A stretch of DNA of 64,000 nucleotides from a virus. A program made the position numbers and the translations under genes. The stretch's first letter is position 1. Every line of letters begins with the position of its first letter. Shown here one piece after another: positions 37,803 through 47,895 of this stretch. Under the pieces are notes generated by a model that ran no database searches, was not told the origin of the DNA, and worked only from the letters and a program-made list of their open reading frames with translations. Where the stretch lies: IMG/VR virus record IMGVR_UViG_3300047476_000577, positions 32,001 through 96,000 of that record, one strand, 5' to 3'.

Positions 37803-38318
37803 TCACTTGCTGATTTGCACACGTGCACGTTCCAGCAATGCAGGATCACCTTTAGTCAGCACTTCCAACAGGAGCCTCTTTTCCTCGAGATACACTCGAG
37901 CAAACTCTGCATCGTGTTCTACAATACTGCGAGTATTGGAGATCAGATCCGCCAGCTTGATGGTTTGGGCTTGGGCGGGTGCCATTGCAGTGTGCGCTCT
38001 GTCGATTGCCTTGCGGGTTGCTCGGTTACCTTGCTCTTTGCGTGAGACATCAGTAAGCCATCCAACCAACTCGGCGACTTCTTCTCCGAATTCGGCTCGA
38101 ACAATTTCAATCGTCACTCCCGTATCTTCAACTACATCGTGCATCCAAGCGGCGCACAGCATAGCAGGAGTATGGGGCACAGACTGCACAATACTCACCA
38201 CCTCAGCAGGGTGCACAATGTACGGTTCGTTAGTATACTTGCGAAGTTGGGCGCAGGCAGCGTGAGCAGCCGTAGCAAACAAACGGGCTTTTTCTACTGT
38301 ATGTGCATCCATTTCCAA
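37803..38318 (-). CDS. HD-domain (SpoT/MESH1-like) hydrolase
   Basis: AH..Q.RK..EPYIVHP, HDVVEDT, IKLAD. Confidence 0.88.
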   Translation of the reverse strand: MEMDAHTVEKARLFATAAHAACAQLRKYTNEPYIVHPAEVVSIVQSVPHTPAMLCAAWMHDVVEDTGVTIEIVRAEFGEEVAELVGWLTDVSRKEQGNRATRKAIDRAHTAMAPAQAQTIKLADLISNTRSIVEHDAEFARVYLEEKRLLLEVLTKGDPALLERARVQISK

Positions 38319-38372
38319 CTCCTTATTTCTTACTATGTGTATATTATAGCAGATGTTGAATTATTGAGCAAA

Positions 38373-38921
38373 TTATTGAGGTACTACTAAAGTTTGCAAT
38401 TCGCGAGGCACTGCATACACTAATTCAGGCTCCTTACTCCAGTCCGTAGGGCGTCCAAAAGATGTAGGAGTAATGTTTAGCTTGCGTAGACTCACGTGAT
38501 CGATTAAGTAAAACCGATTGCCGTCCGAGCGCACAGTTGCCCACAAAAATAAACTCTTGTGCTTCTCTGCAATAGAGATATATTTTTCCTTACGCTTGAG
38601 CAGGTCAATGGTTCGATGCTTGTAAATGGGATAACCGGGCCCCCAATTACGCTCTGACTTGGTCATAACATCGATCATATACTTGATATGGTCGAATTGA
38701 TCAATTACCAAGATGTCGGGTAAGTGCTTTTTATCTGTGCCAGTGTTCAGGTAAGCATCATACTCTGCTTGTTCGTTTGTAATGCAACGAAATCCTTTGG
38801 CAGTAAAATGCTTGATTACAGGTTCGAAGCCGATGTCCTCGTAATACTTGCGGCGATCTTCGTCAAACTTATTGTCACGCTCTCCGTGCGGCTTGACAAA
38901 TTTATCTTCATTTAGCGACAT
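38373..38921 (-). CDS. Possible PD-(D/E)xK nuclease-like protein
   Basis: PDILV...IDVMTK...W. Confidence 0.4.
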   Translation of the reverse strand: MSLNEDKFVKPHGERDNKFDEDRRKYYEDIGFEPVIKHFTAKGFRCITNEQAEYDAYLNTGTDKKHLPDILVIDQFDHIKYMIDVMTKSERNWGPGYPIYKHRTIDLLKRKEKYISIAEKHKSLFLWATVRSDGNRFYLIDHVSLRKLNITPTSFGRPTDWSKEPELVYAVPRELQTLVVPQ

Positions 38922-39099
38922 TGCGATATCCTTTAATTCGCCAAAACAGTTGCCAGGCACGTGATTGCTTAGTACGATGCAAACTCTTTGTGCCGGTTAA
39001 AAATTTGTTGCCGATTAGTTTACCAAAGGGCTTTGCTTTGGGCTGTCCTTGCAGTAAACGTTCGGCAACACGTTCGTAGGTAGTCATTTTGAAGTACAT
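38908..39099 (-). CDS. Hypothetical protein
   Basis: Coupled ORF. Confidence 0.5.
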   Translation of the reverse strand: MYFKMTTYERVAERLLQGQPKAKPFGKLIGNKFLTGTKSLHRTKQSRAWQLFWRIKGYRNVAK

Positions 39100-39100
39100 A

Positions 39101-39508
39101 TTAGTTCTTGTACAAGATAGCTTTTTGGGGATAAGTCACGCCAGTAGTACTGTAGAACAGTACACGATTTCCTTCTACTTCGTACTCGACATAGGTATAG
39201 TGCTTGTCTACCATCCGAGTGGTCTTACCGCTACGCTCGGAAACACTGTAACCTTCTGCAACAAATCCAATGAACTTGCCTTCTACTTTGGTGTTAGCAT
39301 ACTCTTTGTAAGTGCCGGTGTTCCAGCTGATTGCAGCCGCAATACCTACAGGAATAGCAAAGAGTACAAACACCTTGTACATATTCCATTCGTCATCGTT
39401 GTTAATCAGCATCAGGATAAAGATTGCAATCGCAAATGTCAGTACAATGTAAAAACCAGCGTGGTTGTTGATAGTATCAACTGGAGCCAACGGTGCAAAA
39501 GTGTACAT
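39101..39508 (-). CDS. Membrane protein, 2 TM
   Basis: Two hydrophobic stretches; promoter upstream. Confidence 0.65.
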   Translation of the reverse strand: MYTFAPLAPVDTINNHAGFYIVLTFAIAIFILMLINNDDEWNMYKVFVLFAIPVGIAAAISWNTGTYKEYANTKVEGKFIGFVAEGYSVSERSGKTTRMVDKHYTYVEYEVEGNRVLFYSTTGVTYPQKAILYKN

Positions 39509-39525
39509 ACCTTTTCCTGTATTGT

Positions 39526-39551
39526 TTAACGCAATACAAGTATTATAGCAC
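39526..39551. repeat. 26-bp direct repeat (promoter -10 and 5' leader); second copy at 41906..41931
   Basis: TTAACGCAATACAAGTATTATAGCAC identical at both sites. Confidence 0.85.
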
Positions 39552-39737
39552 CAAACGAATTTAGGATCAAATTCGGTGCATATATTCTTTCTTAATACTA
39601 TCGTATACTTGTAATACTATAGTTACATCAATGTGCATACGCCTTGCAATCTCATCTGGACTACAGCCTCGCTGAACAAACTCTTTAATTTCCAGATAGA
39701 CGCTGTTCATTCTTCCCATTTAGGGCTCCTTGTAGAT

Positions 39738-40034
39738 CTACTCCTTTAGCCACTCTAAAAGTTTTTTAGGATCTACTACACTAATAACGTCTTGAGGCGG
39801 TAGTTCGTTGACTTCATATGTAACAATTTCCCAGTCATCGAAGCTGGCGTGACTCGAAATTCGTTTCATTGCTTCACGAACCATAGTCAAATGGCTACGC
39901 AGTTTTCCTAATGTATCCCAAGTCTTGCCCGTTTTAGACCAAGACGAGCTATTGTAGCTATAAACTACATCGGTGCTGCCTTTACTGTACAGCCCTGTCT
40001 TCTTGTTTCTAATTTTATAGAACTGCTGAGTCAT
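39738..40034 (-). CDS. Conserved hypothetical phage protein
   Basis: YKIRNKKTGLYSKG..WSKTGKTW. Confidence 0.65.
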   Translation of the reverse strand: MTQQFYKIRNKKTGLYSKGSTDVVYSYNSSSWSKTGKTWDTLGKLRSHLTMVREAMKRISSHASFDDWEIVTYEVNELPPQDVISVVDPKKLLEWLKE

Positions 40035-40330
40035 ATTGGCGTTTTCTTTCTAGGATAAGGTTGTGCTTGTAGCTTAACCATAAAGAACTCTTCCATATCT
40101 ACATTGTAGCCGCAGGTGTCGTATAGATCTGCAAACCTATTTTTAACAAACTTAACTGTACCGTTTTGTTCTTGCCAAATCCTATCGCTCGACTGTGTGA
40201 GTTTGAAACCACCTGCACTTCCGACCATAGAGTCGCTATTGCTTACATCGCAGACGGAATAATAGCGATTGGCATAAACCCCGGAATCGAGCATTGCTCG
40301 GCACACTTCGTAGTAATAGTTAACCATCAC
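40031..40330 (-). CDS. Hypothetical protein
   Basis: Coupled ORF. Confidence 0.6.
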   Translation of the reverse strand: MMVNYYYEVCRAMLDSGVYANRYYSVCDVSNSDSMVGSAGGFKLTQSSDRIWQEQNGTVKFVKNRFADLYDTCGYNVDMEEFFMVKLQAQPYPRKKTPI

Positions 40331-40539
40331 TCGCCTTTAATTACATCGAATAAGGTACCATACTCGTACCTTGCCCAATCATCCATATCTACATATGTAT
40401 TAATTTTACGGCGATACACGGTTTCGAGCCAAACTCGTTCACCGTGTATCTTCACTGGACGCCAAGCGAACCACGGCTTCCAAGGCAATACTTCTACCTT
40501 TCGATAGACATTGCCTATAGGAGCCTTGTTGTAGTTCAT
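40327..40539 (-). CDS. Hypothetical protein
   Basis: W..WFAWRPV...G..VWL..VYRR. Confidence 0.6.
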   Translation of the reverse strand: MNYNKAPIGNVYRKVEVLPWKPWFAWRPVKIHGERVWLETVYRRKINTYVDMDDWARYEYGTLFDVIKGE

Positions 40540-40561
40540 TCTGCCCGGATCAAGGATTTCC

Positions 40562-41473
40562 TTAAGCCGCCTCCATATAGTTGCGTACCCAAGCTAAACG
40601 AGCTTGCTCGTCCATAGCAGTGTATTCAACAATGTTAGCACGAATAGCATCCACTAGTGGATAATATTCTTCGTCAAGGTTACGCTTGATGTCGTTGTTC
40701 AAGTCTACTAGCTTGTCTGTACGTGGATTGCGAGCAACCCACTTAGAAGTCAAGTAGTATGGGCTTTTGATTTTAGAAGAAACGTTAGTTTCTGTGTAAA
40801 ACACAAAGCCTTCGTGCTTAACTTCCTTAACAGCCACTTGCAGTTCTGCAATAGTCATATGATAGGATTCTGCAAAGAAACACTTTAGGTCATCCTCTGC
40901 AAAAAACTTCCAAACAATTTCAGAACCAAAGCCGTGAACTTTAGACTCCCAAGAGTTCTCACGCCAACCTAGGAAATACATACCAGGCTTTTCAACCACG
41001 ATATGAGGATCGTTAGGATGTACACACTCAAACATCAAGGTATAGCCTTCTGCCCCACGCACTGCAAATTGCCAGTCGATCCAGGATTGATGTGTTAGCA
41101 TCATTTCCTTTGCCATAGCAACATACGGGCTGTCGGTAGAACCAGTTGTAGACACAAGGATGTCTCCGTTGTACCAAGTCATAGCAACCATAAAGCCATT
41201 GACTTTACGATATGCAGTTACTTTGGTTTCGTCTGCTAGAACAGGTGCTTGCTTTTCGATGCCGTAGTTGTATACCTTAGTGAAAGGGCGTGACACTACA
41301 TTAAAGTTTGCGTCAACAATAGTGCCACGGCATTCTTCCAAATACTCGTTCCACAGGTTGTCGAAAAATACCTTCTTCTTGTACTTCAACACAAAGATGC
41401 CCTCGCCAGCAGGACGCATTGACACTAGCTTAGGGTTGTCTTCTACAAACTTCTTCAATTCGTCTTTGTTCAT
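40562..41473 (-). CDS. T4 Rnl1-like RNA ligase
   Basis: ECRG, PFTKVYNY, RKVNG (KxNG motif I), FEC, HEGFV, KIKSPYY. Confidence 0.85.
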   Translation of the reverse strand: MNKDELKKFVEDNPKLVSMRPAGEGIFVLKYKKKVFFDNLWNEYLEECRGTIVDANFNVVSRPFTKVYNYGIEKQAPVLADETKVTAYRKVNGFMVAMTWYNGDILVSTTGSTDSPYVAMAKEMMLTHQSWIDWQFAVRGAEGYTLMFECVHPNDPHIVVEKPGMYFLGWRENSWESKVHGFGSEIVWKFFAEDDLKCFFAESYHMTIAELQVAVKEVKHEGFVFYTETNVSSKIKSPYYLTSKWVARNPRTDKLVDLNNDIKRNLDEEYYPLVDAIRANIVEYTAMDEQARLAWVRNYMEAA

Positions 41474-41474
41474 T

Positions 41475-41894
41475 TTATTCACCTAGAATCAATTTACCGT
41501 CGATGTCTTCGTCGTTAGTCCAAACTACACGCTTGAGACCAAAACTTGCGATAGCACGTGCACAGCCTTGACAAGGTTTAGCGAGGCCGTATACAGGATT
41601 ACCTTCGCGATCCTGCTTAACACGAGTCACATACAAAGTAGCATTAGCAAGACGCTTGGGATCAATCTTTTTAACAGCCTTTGCAATAGCATCAATTTCT
41701 GCGTGGATGTGAATTGCCTGGTAATGCTTGGCAAACTTTGCTTGCAAAGGATGAGTTTTAACTTGATTGGTACCAATCGAAATCAGCTCATTCTTAATAA
41801 CAATACCAGCCGCAATGCGAGCACGGAACACAGGCGCTACATCTTCTGCAACACGAGCTAGCAGTTCCGTAAACTTCAAATCCTTACGCGACAT
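41475..41894 (-). CDS. Zn-dependent cytidine/dCMP deaminase-like protein
   Basis: HAE and PCQGC motifs. Confidence 0.85.
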   Translation of the reverse strand: MSRKDLKFTELLARVAEDVAPVFRARIAAGIVIKNELISIGTNQVKTHPLQAKFAKHYQAIHIHAEIDAIAKAVKKIDPKRLANATLYVTRVKQDREGNPVYGLAKPCQGCARAIASFGLKRVVWTNDEDIDGKLILGE

Positions 41895-41951
41895 TGTGTT
41901 CCTTGTTAACGCAATACAAGTATTATAGCACTTTTGGATTTATTGAGCAAA

Positions 41952-42218
41952 TTACTTGTAAAGTGCCGCCATCATAAGTAGCATTTCAAGTTCTTCTATA
42001 TTACTGTTAATTTTAGTTAACATTTCTTGGTACTGCACAATAGTAGATGTTAACTGCCTTCTACGCCTTGCTTCTATTTCCATATTAGCAAGAATCTTGA
42101 CGTCATTGTGTATATTTTGCAACACTTTTGACAGTCTAGGGTCTTGTGTAGCACTGCGCCCTATTTTGCGTAACTGTGTACTAACATCTGACCAATCTAA
42201 GCTAGAATTTATTTGCAT
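41952..42218 (-). CDS. Hypothetical helical protein
   Basis: ORF with sigma70 promoter immediately upstream. Confidence 0.6.
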   Translation of the reverse strand: MQINSSLDWSDVSTQLRKIGRSATQDPRLSKVLQNIHNDVKILANMEIEARRRRQLTSTIVQYQEMLTKINSNIEELEMLLMMAALYK

Positions 42219-42296
42219 TGTGCAATTATACTACAGATCGATTTTTCAGTCAAAAATAAGCCCCGCTACGCAGGGCTTATTTGTACTACTTGCGTA

Positions 42297-43346
42297 TTAC
42301 ACGTTTTCGATACCGTTTAGCTTCCACTCTTTGCCAAACTTTTCGTAATGCCAGACTTGGTTAACTTCTGCACCATCGTCTTCGAACTTGTACCAAATGC
42401 TGAACTCGGTTGCATTAGCAAGACGCACTTCGTGGCTTACATTGTGTAGATTTAGAGTGCTAGCAGTCAGACCGTTAGTAAGCTCGTCTACAATATCCGG
42501 GCCAAGTAGAACCTTAAGCTCAGTTACATCTGCTTCGGCGAAGGCACGTTGAATGCGCCAGAATTGTTGAGTAGGGTTAAAAGGTTGAGTACTCACACCA
42601 CGTTCCTTGTTAATAAAATTACGAACCAGTTGAAAGCCTTTGTAGAACAGCCAAGCTACACCTAGTAGGATAGCAACAACAAAAACAAATCCAATAATAT
42701 CAGCGATAAAACTCCACACGGTATATTCCTTTTTAGCTACGGTGGTTACTCCACCTGGGTTAAATTGATTGTCACCTGCAACAGTGCCGGGACCAGTTGC
42801 GACAACTCCGTTAGATGTACTAGGAGTGCCATTGTTAATAACAGTAGTACCACTGCCGTGATTACTGTGTCCACCGAAACTATTAAACAGGGCATTGCCT
42901 ACAATAGTTCCGCCCACTGCACCTAAGAATGAAGTGCCTAGCCCGCCGCCGCCGATACTAGGCGCAGGCGGTTGTTGATATCCATATTGGGGAGCAGGTG
43001 CATACTGCGGGCTTGTGCTAGGATTAGAGTACGTCCCAGAAGAAGTGCCAGTAGTACCTGTGCCTTTACTAGCCGCTACATCATTGCGAACACCGTTAGT
43101 GACTTCGCTTTTACGCACACCTACGCTAGAAGTAGTACTGCCGATGCCTCCTGGTTTACTTGGCGCCGGAGCAACACTAGGCTTGCTAGGAGCAGAATAA
43201 GAGCTAGATTTGCTAGGAGCAGAACGGCTAACACTTGAGCTAGATCGTCCGCCTCCTCCACTACGGCCGATGCTGGCGGCATCAGCAACAGTAGCAAACA
43301 TAAATGCACTAGCAGCCACTGCCGCCATTAGTTTAGAGATTTTCAT
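42297..43346 (-). CDS. Tim44-domain membrane protein
   Basis: Signal peptide, G/S-rich linker, TM, F.RIQRAF...D...L and VWHYEK..WKLNGI. Confidence 0.75.
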   Translation of the reverse strand: MKISKLMAAVAASAFMFATVADAASIGRSGGGGRSSSSVSRSAPSKSSSYSAPSKPSVAPAPSKPGGIGSTTSSVGVRKSEVTNGVRNDVAASKGTGTTGTSSGTYSNPSTSPQYAPAPQYGYQQPPAPSIGGGGLGTSFLGAVGGTIVGNALFNSFGGHSNHGSGTTVINNGTPSTSNGVVATGPGTVAGDNQFNPGGVTTVAKKEYTVWSFIADIIGFVFVVAILLGVAWLFYKGFQLVRNFINKERGVSTQPFNPTQQFWRIQRAFAEADVTELKVLLGPDIVDELTNGLTASTLNLHNVSHEVRLANATEFSIWYKFEDDGAEVNQVWHYEKFGKEWKLNGIENV

Positions 43347-43355
43347 AAAAGTTCC

Positions 43356-43538
43356 TTATACTTCGTTGTAGAACACTAGGGCACGTTCTGCACGATGGTA
43401 GTATTCGGCTTCCTCTGCGTCAAGGTCGATGTCTCGGTAATAACGTTCCTTGAGTTCGACTTCTGCGGCAGTAATTAGTTTTTCTAGATCCTCGTTGCTG
43501 AGTTGATCCAGGGCCTCAGTGATGTTGTAGGTACTCAT
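43356..43538 (-). CDS. Hypothetical protein
   Basis: AAGGA RBS. Confidence 0.55.
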   Translation of the reverse strand: MSTYNITEALDQLSNEDLEKLITAAEVELKERYYRDIDLDAEEAEYYHRAERALVFYNEV

Positions 43539-43548
43539 ACCGTCCTTT

Positions 43549-44016
43549 TTAACTGTTAAGAGCTAAATTATACACGTAATCTAATTTCTTGTCAAATTCC
43601 GTTCCGTCTAGTGCTTGTAACAGTTGACCATTTGGAACCATATTTTCGTCATAGCCTTCTAAGCACATAGCAAAGTAACTAGGAGCAGGCGGAGCGTCAG
43701 GGTTACCCGGCTGCATTGTGTAAATTATAGCATCTACTACACCGCTTTCAGTAAGAACTTGAGCATAGGTTCTATCATAATAATACGGATACCCTTCTAG
43801 CATATCTAAACTATGCAAGCAAGAATCTGTAATTTCCCATAGTACGCCGTCTACATACGAATCCATTAAAGGTTTAACATCTGCGTGAGTTGCAAACCTA
43901 AAGTCGTAATCTAGCAGACGTGCGTAACCTAAGTTAACAGCGGCGGGGCACCTAGATGCCATACTGCTGATGTTAGTATTCATTCCGTAGGCGAAATAGT
44001 AGTGCTTATTCATCAC
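43549..44016 (-). CDS. Gamma-glutamylcyclotransferase family protein
   Basis: [22 protein letters not shown]. Confidence 0.88.
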   Translation of the reverse strand: MMNKHYYFAYGMNTNISSMASRCPAAVNLGYARLLDYDFRFATHADVKPLMDSYVDGVLWEITDSCLHSLDMLEGYPYYYDRTYAQVLTESGVVDAIIYTMQPGNPDAPPAPSYFAMCLEGYDENMVPNGQLLQALDGTEFDKKLDYVYNLALNS

Positions 44017-44633
44017 TTGTGCTTAGTAATAACTTCGTCAGCCAAACCAAATGCTACTGCTTCCTCTGCACTTAGGAAGGTGTCGAACTTCATTTGCTCG
44101 AACAGTTCTTCGTAAGTTTTACCAGCAGTATTGTGCTTGACATAGAGTTGGGTAAGACGCTCGTTAATGCGTTGGCTTTCTTCAAAGCTACGTTTTGCAT
44201 CTTCGAACTGTAGCTCTTGTACGTGCACACTTCCACGAGTACCAGGAGTACCCGAGCTAACACGGTGGATCATTGTACGTGCTTCTGGTAGTACACCTCG
44301 CTTGCCTTTAGCGCCAGCCTGTGCAAGGAATGAACCCATACTGCACGCCTGGCCGAGAACTACAGTTCGAACATCTGGTTTGATGTACTGCATTGTATCG
44401 TAAATTGCAAGACCCGCGGTAACAGCGCCGCCCGGGCTATTAATGAACATTGTAATGTCTTGTTCTTTGCTTTCGCTTTCTAGGAATAGAAGCTGTGCAA
44501 CAATTAGGTTAGCCATTTGATCGTGGACTTCACCTTCAAGTAGAATAATTCGGTCTTTGAGCAGGCGACTGTAGATATCGTAACTACGCTCTCCGCGACC
44601 TGTTTGTTCTACTACGATTGGTACTAATGACAT
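44013..44633 (-). CDS. clpP: ATP-dependent Clp protease proteolytic subunit
   Basis: [29 protein letters not shown]. Confidence 0.96.
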   Translation of the reverse strand: MSLVPIVVEQTGRGERSYDIYSRLLKDRIILLEGEVHDQMANLIVAQLLFLESESKEQDITMFINSPGGAVTAGLAIYDTMQYIKPDVRTVVLGQACSMGSFLAQAGAKGKRGVLPEARTMIHRVSSGTPGTRGSVHVQELQFEDAKRSFEESQRINERLTQLYVKHNTAGKTYEELFEQMKFDTFLSAEEAVAFGLADEVITKHK

Positions 44634-44702
44634 TGTGTGTTTCCTTCTTAATTTAAGTTAAAGTATAAGTTAATTTAGTAGCTAAGTCAACTAAATATTT
44701 TT

Positions 44703-45104
44703 ATGGCAAGACGCATAACAAGACGATCATTTCAAAACGACACTTGGTTCAACACTAAATGGCGTCCTGCTATGGCCTGGACATATATGGCTATCTGTAT
44801 TTTAGATTTTGCAGTGTTCCCTATACTATGGAGTTTATTGCAAGCATACAAATCTGGGCAAGTTACAAGCCAATGGCTTCCTATTACATTGCAAGGTGCA
44901 GGCCTGTTTCATATGTCAATGGGTGCAATATTAGGTATCAGTGCTTGGACTCGAGGCAAGGAAAAAGAGATGATGTTAGCACAACCAATGAGCTCTGCTC
45001 AACCCTATGTTCCTCAGCCGCAGCCTGTAGTTCCGCAACCATTTAAACCTCAAGCACCTGTAACAGTTGTGGGTTCTGCTCCAGAAGAATCACCAATCAG
45101 GTAA
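44703..45104 (+). CDS. Holin-like (3TM) membrane protein
   Basis: WRPAMAW.Y, FHMSMGAILGISAW.RG.EK. Confidence 0.65.
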   Translation: MARRITRRSFQNDTWFNTKWRPAMAWTYMAICILDFAVFPILWSLLQAYKSGQVTSQWLPITLQGAGLFHMSMGAILGISAWTRGKEKEMMLAQPMSSAQPYVPQPQPVVPQPFKPQAPVTVVGSAPEESPIR

Positions 45105-45535
45105 GTATCTTCTTCGTAGCCTAGCATATCTGCAAGATCCTTACTTAAGGTTTTATACCATCCATCCTTGGCATATAGCTTACCTGGCTGGCCACTAATC
45201 TCGCATACTCGTTTACTCATTTCCATAGCAACATCTAGCATATGGTCAATGATAGGATTCTTTCCAGTATAGTAAAACATAAGGTTGCCGCATTTTTCTA
45301 ATATTGCAGTAATCTTGTATTGTTCTACCGGAGCATTACTGTACCTTCTGCTGTAGTCGATATACTTTTGTATAGAGGTCAAAGTACTATCGATTATATC
45401 ATACCAGCCCCCACCGCATATAAAAGTTGTTACTTTCCTTGTGTATTGGATATCATCAGAATCTCTGATGATTAGCAACTTAGGGTGTTTGGAAATTAGC
45501 AAATCAATTTGTTCCTGCGTAATGCGCTCGCTCAT
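45050..45535 (-). CDS. Conserved phage protein, paralog of 34507..35040
   Basis: CGGGWYDII, LEKCGNLMFY, VCEISG. Confidence 0.6.
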   Translation of the reverse strand: MSERITQEQIDLLISKHPKLLIIRDSDDIQYTRKVTTFICGGGWYDIIDSTLTSIQKYIDYSRRYSNAPVEQYKITAILEKCGNLMFYYTGKNPIIDHMLDVAMEMSKRVCEISGQPGKLYAKDGWYKTLSKDLADMLGYEEDTYLIGDSSGAEPTTVTGA

Positions 45536-45536
45536 A

Positions 45537-45800
45537 TCAACTCCAAGTCCGGTGGCGCTCTGCAATCCACTCTAGACCGTTATAGTTATGTATCTCCCAA
45601 TCCACATCGTCGGGAATTTCTACTACCTTAAGCACACTTGACCAACCACCTGCTTCGTCTTGTAGTTCCTCTACTACCTCTACTAACAAAGGATCATCTC
45701 GACCTGTAGGTTCTGTTCCGCCTTTAGCAATATAAAGTGCCACGGCACGTTCGCTTAGTTCGAACATACCGGGGCAAGCGTTGATTACAATCTTAGTCAT
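45537..45800 (-). CDS. Conserved hypothetical phage protein
   Basis: KIVIN.C, RDDPLLVEVVEEL, LKVVEIPDDV.W. Confidence 0.7.
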   Translation of the reverse strand: MTKIVINACPGMFELSERAVALYIAKGGTEPTGRDDPLLVEVVEELQDEAGGWSSVLKVVEIPDDVDWEIHNYNGLEWIAERHRTWS

Positions 45801-47854
45801 TAAAATTTAGAGTTGTAAGATACAAACAACATCGGTTGTAGCTTAGTACCTGCATTGTCGGACTGTACAGTAAAGTTAGTCTTAATCTGGCTCATTGCAG
45901 TAAGATTGCGACTGTATGACACGCTAGTTGCGTACTGACGATACGAGCTAGTAAGGCTAACCTTTTCTGTAGTTACTACTGGAGTAGCATCTGCACCTGA
46001 GTCAGTTACGTTAGCGTATGAGTAGCCAGTTACACCCGTTACAGTAGCAGTACCCTTAGTAATACGAGGCATCTCGGTTACTTGAAATGACACTGCATCC
46101 TTGTCATCGACGAAGCCTGCCTTGCTAAAACCTAGTGTCCAGCTTTGAGTTTTGATTGTGTCGAAACCAGTAATCATACTGTCAGCAGCCGCTTTGGCAT
46201 TAGTTGTACCCATTGCAAGGCTACCAAACATAGTGTAAGAGCTATTGTCAACCGGCTTAGCAAGATGCACTGCGGTCCAGTTAGTTTGACTGTCGCCTAG
46301 TGCAAGGGCGCCAGCACCGCGACTGCCAAGAATAGCACCTGACTCACGTGCAGTACCAGACTCTAGGCCCACGTACATATTGCCGTATTCTTTACCTAGG
46401 TTGTGACCAAAACGTGCGCCTGACATATTGGTGCTAGTGTACATTGCACCAATTACACCGGTGTAACCAAAATCAACATAGTTGAGTTTAGTTGCGCTCA
46501 GGCCCGAGTATGCGCTAACAGGCATATAGTTCATCATAGTAGGCATCATACCGTTAGTCATATTAACAGTAAAGTTACGGCCCATACTGTCAACAACTTG
46601 TGCGTTTTGCATCACTGCACTGCCGCTAAAACTTTGCTTGGTCAGTACGCTACCAGTCATACCGGTCGAGCTAAGTTGCACAGGGCCGGCTGCGATTGCA
46701 GTGGTGCTAGTGCTGGTAATTTTAGCAAGAGTCAGTGCGCCGATTGGCTTAGTAGCGGCATCTAAGTTCATCAAACCGTTACCGTATACAGCATCTACAC
46801 CGGGTGCGCCCAGATCAGTTGCAGTCTTGAGCAACACTTGCACAATCTGCTCTGGCTTTAGAGTGGGCCAGGCCTGCTTGATAACAGCAACACCGCCGCT
46901 AACAAAGGCAGCACTTGCACTGGTACCGATGTCTTGTGCAATCATTGTCTTGGTTGCATTGGTAGAGCTAGTGTAGTTGGCATTGGCGCCCCATACAAGG
47001 CTACCGCCAGGTGCAACAAGGAAGTAATCTTGAATCTTTACAGTATCCTTACACACGCCGCCTGCAAAGTTTTGGCAAATATCGCCTGCTCGGTTAGAGA
47101 AGCTAACAATAACATTGTTCTTGTCTACTGCACCAACAATAACAGCACGACCGCCTAGCAGTAGATTGCCGTTAGCGTCAACCATCTTAGCCATATTAGC
47201 AGGGCTAGTAGGAACAGGGTTGCCGTCATTACCTGCCGCCATAACAACAATAGAGCCTTTGCTCACTGCATATTGCAAGCTGGGCATCAGTTGCGTGTCT
47301 GCATAAGGATCCTTGACGCCGGTTTTACGAACATACGTGTCGTTACCAATATTTGTGTAGTAAGATGCAAACTGTGCCTTAGTTTCGCGTGTGCCTAGGC
47401 TAAGGTTGATAACATCTGCACGATTGTCAGCGTTCCAGACAATGCCTTTAGCAATATCGCTAAAGAACAGCAAACCATACGAGCCGCCGGCATAGGCCAT
47501 AACGCTAGCATCGTATGCTACACCCTGTACACCGACTCCGTTCTTCGCACCTGCCGCCATACTAATCATTGCAGTACCGTGCCCGCGATTGACGTCGGTA
47601 ATTGTCAAGCCCGAGTATCCTTTGCTAAGGATAACATTCTTAAGGTCAGGGTGCTTCAAATCTGCGCCAGTGTCAACAAAGCCAACCCGAATACCTGCAC
47701 CGGTAAATCCGCGGCTGTAAGCACTGTATGCACCAATCTGTGTTAGTGCTTGTTTATTAGCTTCCGCTTCTGTAGGCGCTGTTTGAGCGTATGCAACATT
47801 AGCCAAAAATACTGCGGCAGCAACGGAATTTAGTGTAAATTTGCGGTAGAGCAA
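45800..47854 (-). CDS. Secreted S8 (subtilisin-like) serine protease with beta-rich C-terminus
   Basis: Signal peptide; VDTG, HGT, AAGN, GTSAS triad; GVDAVYGNGL; ends YNSKF. Confidence 0.9.
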   Translation of the reverse strand: MLYRKFTLNSVAAAVFLANVAYAQTAPTEAEANKQALTQIGAYSAYSRGFTGAGIRVGFVDTGADLKHPDLKNVILSKGYSGLTITDVNRGHGTAMISMAAGAKNGVGVQGVAYDASVMAYAGGSYGLLFFSDIAKGIVWNADNRADVINLSLGTRETKAQFASYYTNIGNDTYVRKTGVKDPYADTQLMPSLQYAVSKGSIVVMAAGNDGNPVPTSPANMAKMVDANGNLLLGGRAVIVGAVDKNNVIVSFSNRAGDICQNFAGGVCKDTVKIQDYFLVAPGGSLVWGANANYTSSTNATKTMIAQDIGTSASAAFVSGGVAVIKQAWPTLKPEQIVQVLLKTATDLGAPGVDAVYGNGLMNLDAATKPIGALTLAKITSTSTTAIAAGPVQLSSTGMTGSVLTKQSFSGSAVMQNAQVVDSMGRNFTVNMTNGMMPTMMNYMPVSAYSGLSATKLNYVDFGYTGVIGAMYTSTNMSGARFGHNLGKEYGNMYVGLESGTARESGAILGSRGAGALALGDSQTNWTAVHLAKPVDNSSYTMFGSLAMGTTNAKAAADSMITGFDTIKTQSWTLGFSKAGFVDDKDAVSFQVTEMPRITKGTATVTGVTGYSYANVTDSGADATPVVTTEKVSLTSSYRQYATSVSYSRNLTAMSQIKTNFTVQSDNAGTKLQPMLFVSYNSKF

Positions 47855-47895
47855 TTCGGACTCCTTTTAACTAAGATAAGTAAGTATAGCAAAGA

